DNA of 63,942 nucleotides, filler included, from an uncultured bacterium (lineage in GTDB: Bacteria; Hinthialibacterota; Hinthialibacteria; Hinthialibacterales; Hinthialibacteraceae): NCBI GenBank assembly GCA_964449065.1. It is 3 parts of 3 records of this genome, joined end to end, with 100 filler letters (N's around TTAATTAATTAA, not from the genome) between each part and the next. Parts side by side here need not be neighbours in the genome. Positions count along the whole stretch, not along the records: positions 44,285 to 63,942 come from CAYVAZ010000055.1; 2 more parts are not named here. One strand, 5' to 3'. The position numbers and the translations under genes are program-made. Of this stretch, positions 62,425 through 63,942 are shown piece after piece. The notes beneath the pieces were generated by a model that did not search any database, was not told where the DNA came from, and worked only from the letters and a program-made list of their open reading frames with translations. Within the stretch, counting starts at the first letter, position 1, and the number at the start of each line of letters is the position of its first letter.

Positions 62425-63846
62425 TTAAATCGTCCAGCCGTTGTGGTAGATTGGTTTGATGTATTGATCGCATTTACCGGTGTTGGTGGCTTTCATGTTT
62501 TTTCCATCCCAATAGAGTACTTCGCCGGTGCGGATCGCGGTGTTGCCCAGCATCCCGATTTCTGTCAGATGGCCGGAGTAATCGAAATTGGAACTGGCCG
62601 GGTCGCCGCCTTTGCAGGCATCCACCCAATCGCGGTGATGGCCTTTCACGCGCTTTAAGGTTTTTGCGGGGCGTTTGTAGGATTCATCCAATTCTTTCGG
62701 AAGGATGATAGGATCGCCGGCCCATCCCGCGCACATGATTTTGCCTTTGCTGCCGACGAACAGAATGCCGTTGCCGCCGCCGACCAGTTCTTCATCCGGC
62801 CCAAGTTCTTCGGGCTTGTTGGGCATTAAACCGCCGTACCAAGTCATCTTGACCGGCGGCATATTGCCCCGTGCCGGGAAGTCAAAATAGATGAGCGCCG
62901 CGAGCGGCGGCGTGTGTGATGTATTGCCGTGTTGGGTGGCTTCGACGCGAGTGGGGTGACCTAAATCCAGCGCCCAAAATGCGGGGTCGGCGTTGTGGCA
63001 GAAGAAGTCGCCGATGGCGCCGGTTCCGAAATCCCACCAGCCGCGCCAAGTGTAGGGACAGTAATCCGGATGGTAAGGACGTTTTTCGGCAGCGCCCAGC
63101 CATAAATCCCAATTCAGTCCTTCGGGCACAAGCGGGGTATCTGCCGGAAGGTGATCGCGGCGGCCTACCCGCGAACCGCCGCTATGCCAGGAATGCACTT
63201 CGGTCACATCGCCGATGACGCCGTCGCGAATCCATTCGACGCAATCGCGCAAACCGTCGTTGCTGTGGCCTTGATTGCCCAGCTGAGTTGCTACACCCGC
63301 TTTGTGGGCGGCTTCGGTGATCTTGCGGCATTCGTAGACCGTGCGCGCCAAAGGCTTTTCGCAGTAAACATGCTTGCCGCGTTCAATGGATTCCAAACAT
63401 GTGATAGTGTGGTTGTGATCCGGCGTGCCGACGACGACAGCATCGATGGCTTTCTCTTTGTCCAGCATTTCACGGAAATCGATATACTCTTTGCACTTCG
63501 GCAAGTCTTTACGGCTTTCATCGTCCGAATAGCGAACATCGACGATATCCATCGCCGGGCCTCTGCCCGCGATGCCGCCGTAATAGAAGCGGCTGTAATC
63601 GGCTTCTTCCATGACATCGCAGATGGCCATGACATGGGTATCATCCTCGCGCATGAGTTCTTTCATGTTTTGGGTGCCGCGGCCGCCGGTGCCGATGATG
63701 GCGATATTGAGTTTATCGCTGGGGGCGGTATGGGATGCCCCGCCTAGAACATAGCGCGGCATAAGCATAAAAGATGTAACGGCAGCGCTGCCGGCCGTTA
63801 ACGCGCCGCGTCTGGATAGGTTTGTTTTGGATTTCTCTGTACTCAT
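62425..63846 (-). CDS. Tat-exported Gfo/Idh/MocA family oxidoreductase
   Basis: SRRGAL twin-arginine signal, IIGTGGRG, TPDH.H, GKHVYCEKPLA, WRGWWDFGTGAIGD. Start placed at MSTEK (ORF track starts at 63861). Confidence 0.95.
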   Translation of the reverse strand: MSTEKSKTNLSRRGALTAGSAAVTSFMLMPRYVLGGASHTAPSDKLNIAIIGTGGRGTQNMKELMREDDTHVMAICDVMEEADYSRFYYGGIAGRGPAMDIVDVRYSDDESRKDLPKCKEYIDFREMLDKEKAIDAVVVGTPDHNHTITCLESIERGKHVYCEKPLARTVYECRKITEAAHKAGVATQLGNQGHSNDGLRDCVEWIRDGVIGDVTEVHSWHSGGSRVGRRDHLPADTPLVPEGLNWDLWLGAAEKRPYHPDYCPYTWRGWWDFGTGAIGDFFCHNADPAFWALDLGHPTRVEATQHGNTSHTPPLAALIYFDFPARGNMPPVKMTWYGGLMPNKPEELGPDEELVGGGNGILFVGSKGKIMCAGWAGDPIILPKELDESYKRPAKTLKRVKGHHRDWVDACKGGDPASSNFDYSGHLTEIGMLGNTAIRTGEVLYWDGKNMKATNTGKCDQYIKPIYHNGWTI

Positions 63847-63942
63847 TTCATTTCTCCCCAAGTGGATATAAATCTTTTTTATATTAATATCTCATGTTAC
63901 GCACTACATTATGATATGCCCGTTTTTCTCATCGTTCGCTGA

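Noticed and set aside
22191..63942. CRISPR array, tRNA or rRNA genes
   Set aside because: No regularly spaced repeat-spacer series or cloverleaf was found by eye. The repeats are dispersed palindromes or coding Pro/Thr tracts.

Overview
The window is three unrelated-looking contigs joined by two artificial 100-nt spacers (N-run/TTAATTAATTAA/N-run at 22091-22190 and 44185-44284). Segment 1 (1-22090) is the late (morphogenesis, lysis, packaging) half of a T7-like podophage (Autographiviridae-type gene order): portal, scaffold, major capsid, tail tubular A/B, four internal virion proteins, a long repeat-built chimeric tail fibre with an internal assembly gap, fibre accessory genes, two holin-like genes, and small and large terminase. 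Segments 2 (22191-44184) and 3 (44285-63942) are bacterial and probably come from one genome, since they share REP-like palindromes and a homologous ~400-aa C-terminal domain. They are dominated by large secreted or surface proteins (FG-GAP, Kelch, FGE-like, Ig-like, Pro/Thr linkers), plus dppA, a HicAB-like pair, a sulfatase-like enzyme, a CRTAC1/phosphodiesterase/TPR operon, an AT-rich DUF1573 island and a Tat-exported Gfo/Idh/MocA oxidoreductase. The strongest leads are: (i) a phage micro-ORF ahead of the capsid gene carrying a hairpin-sequestered 15-nt perfect complement of the 16S rRNA 3' end, followed by a structured leader; (ii) a conserved C-terminal beta-propeller on two otherwise unrelated giant surface proteins, a candidate surface-anchoring or assembly module; (iii) an unannotated three-hairpin sRNA candidate with anti-SD-like loops. 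Smaller leads are a tail fibre whose length changes by tandem duplication, an orphan khpA 3' fragment and a frameshifted small secreted gene. All family assignments come from motif recognition by eye; no database search was run.
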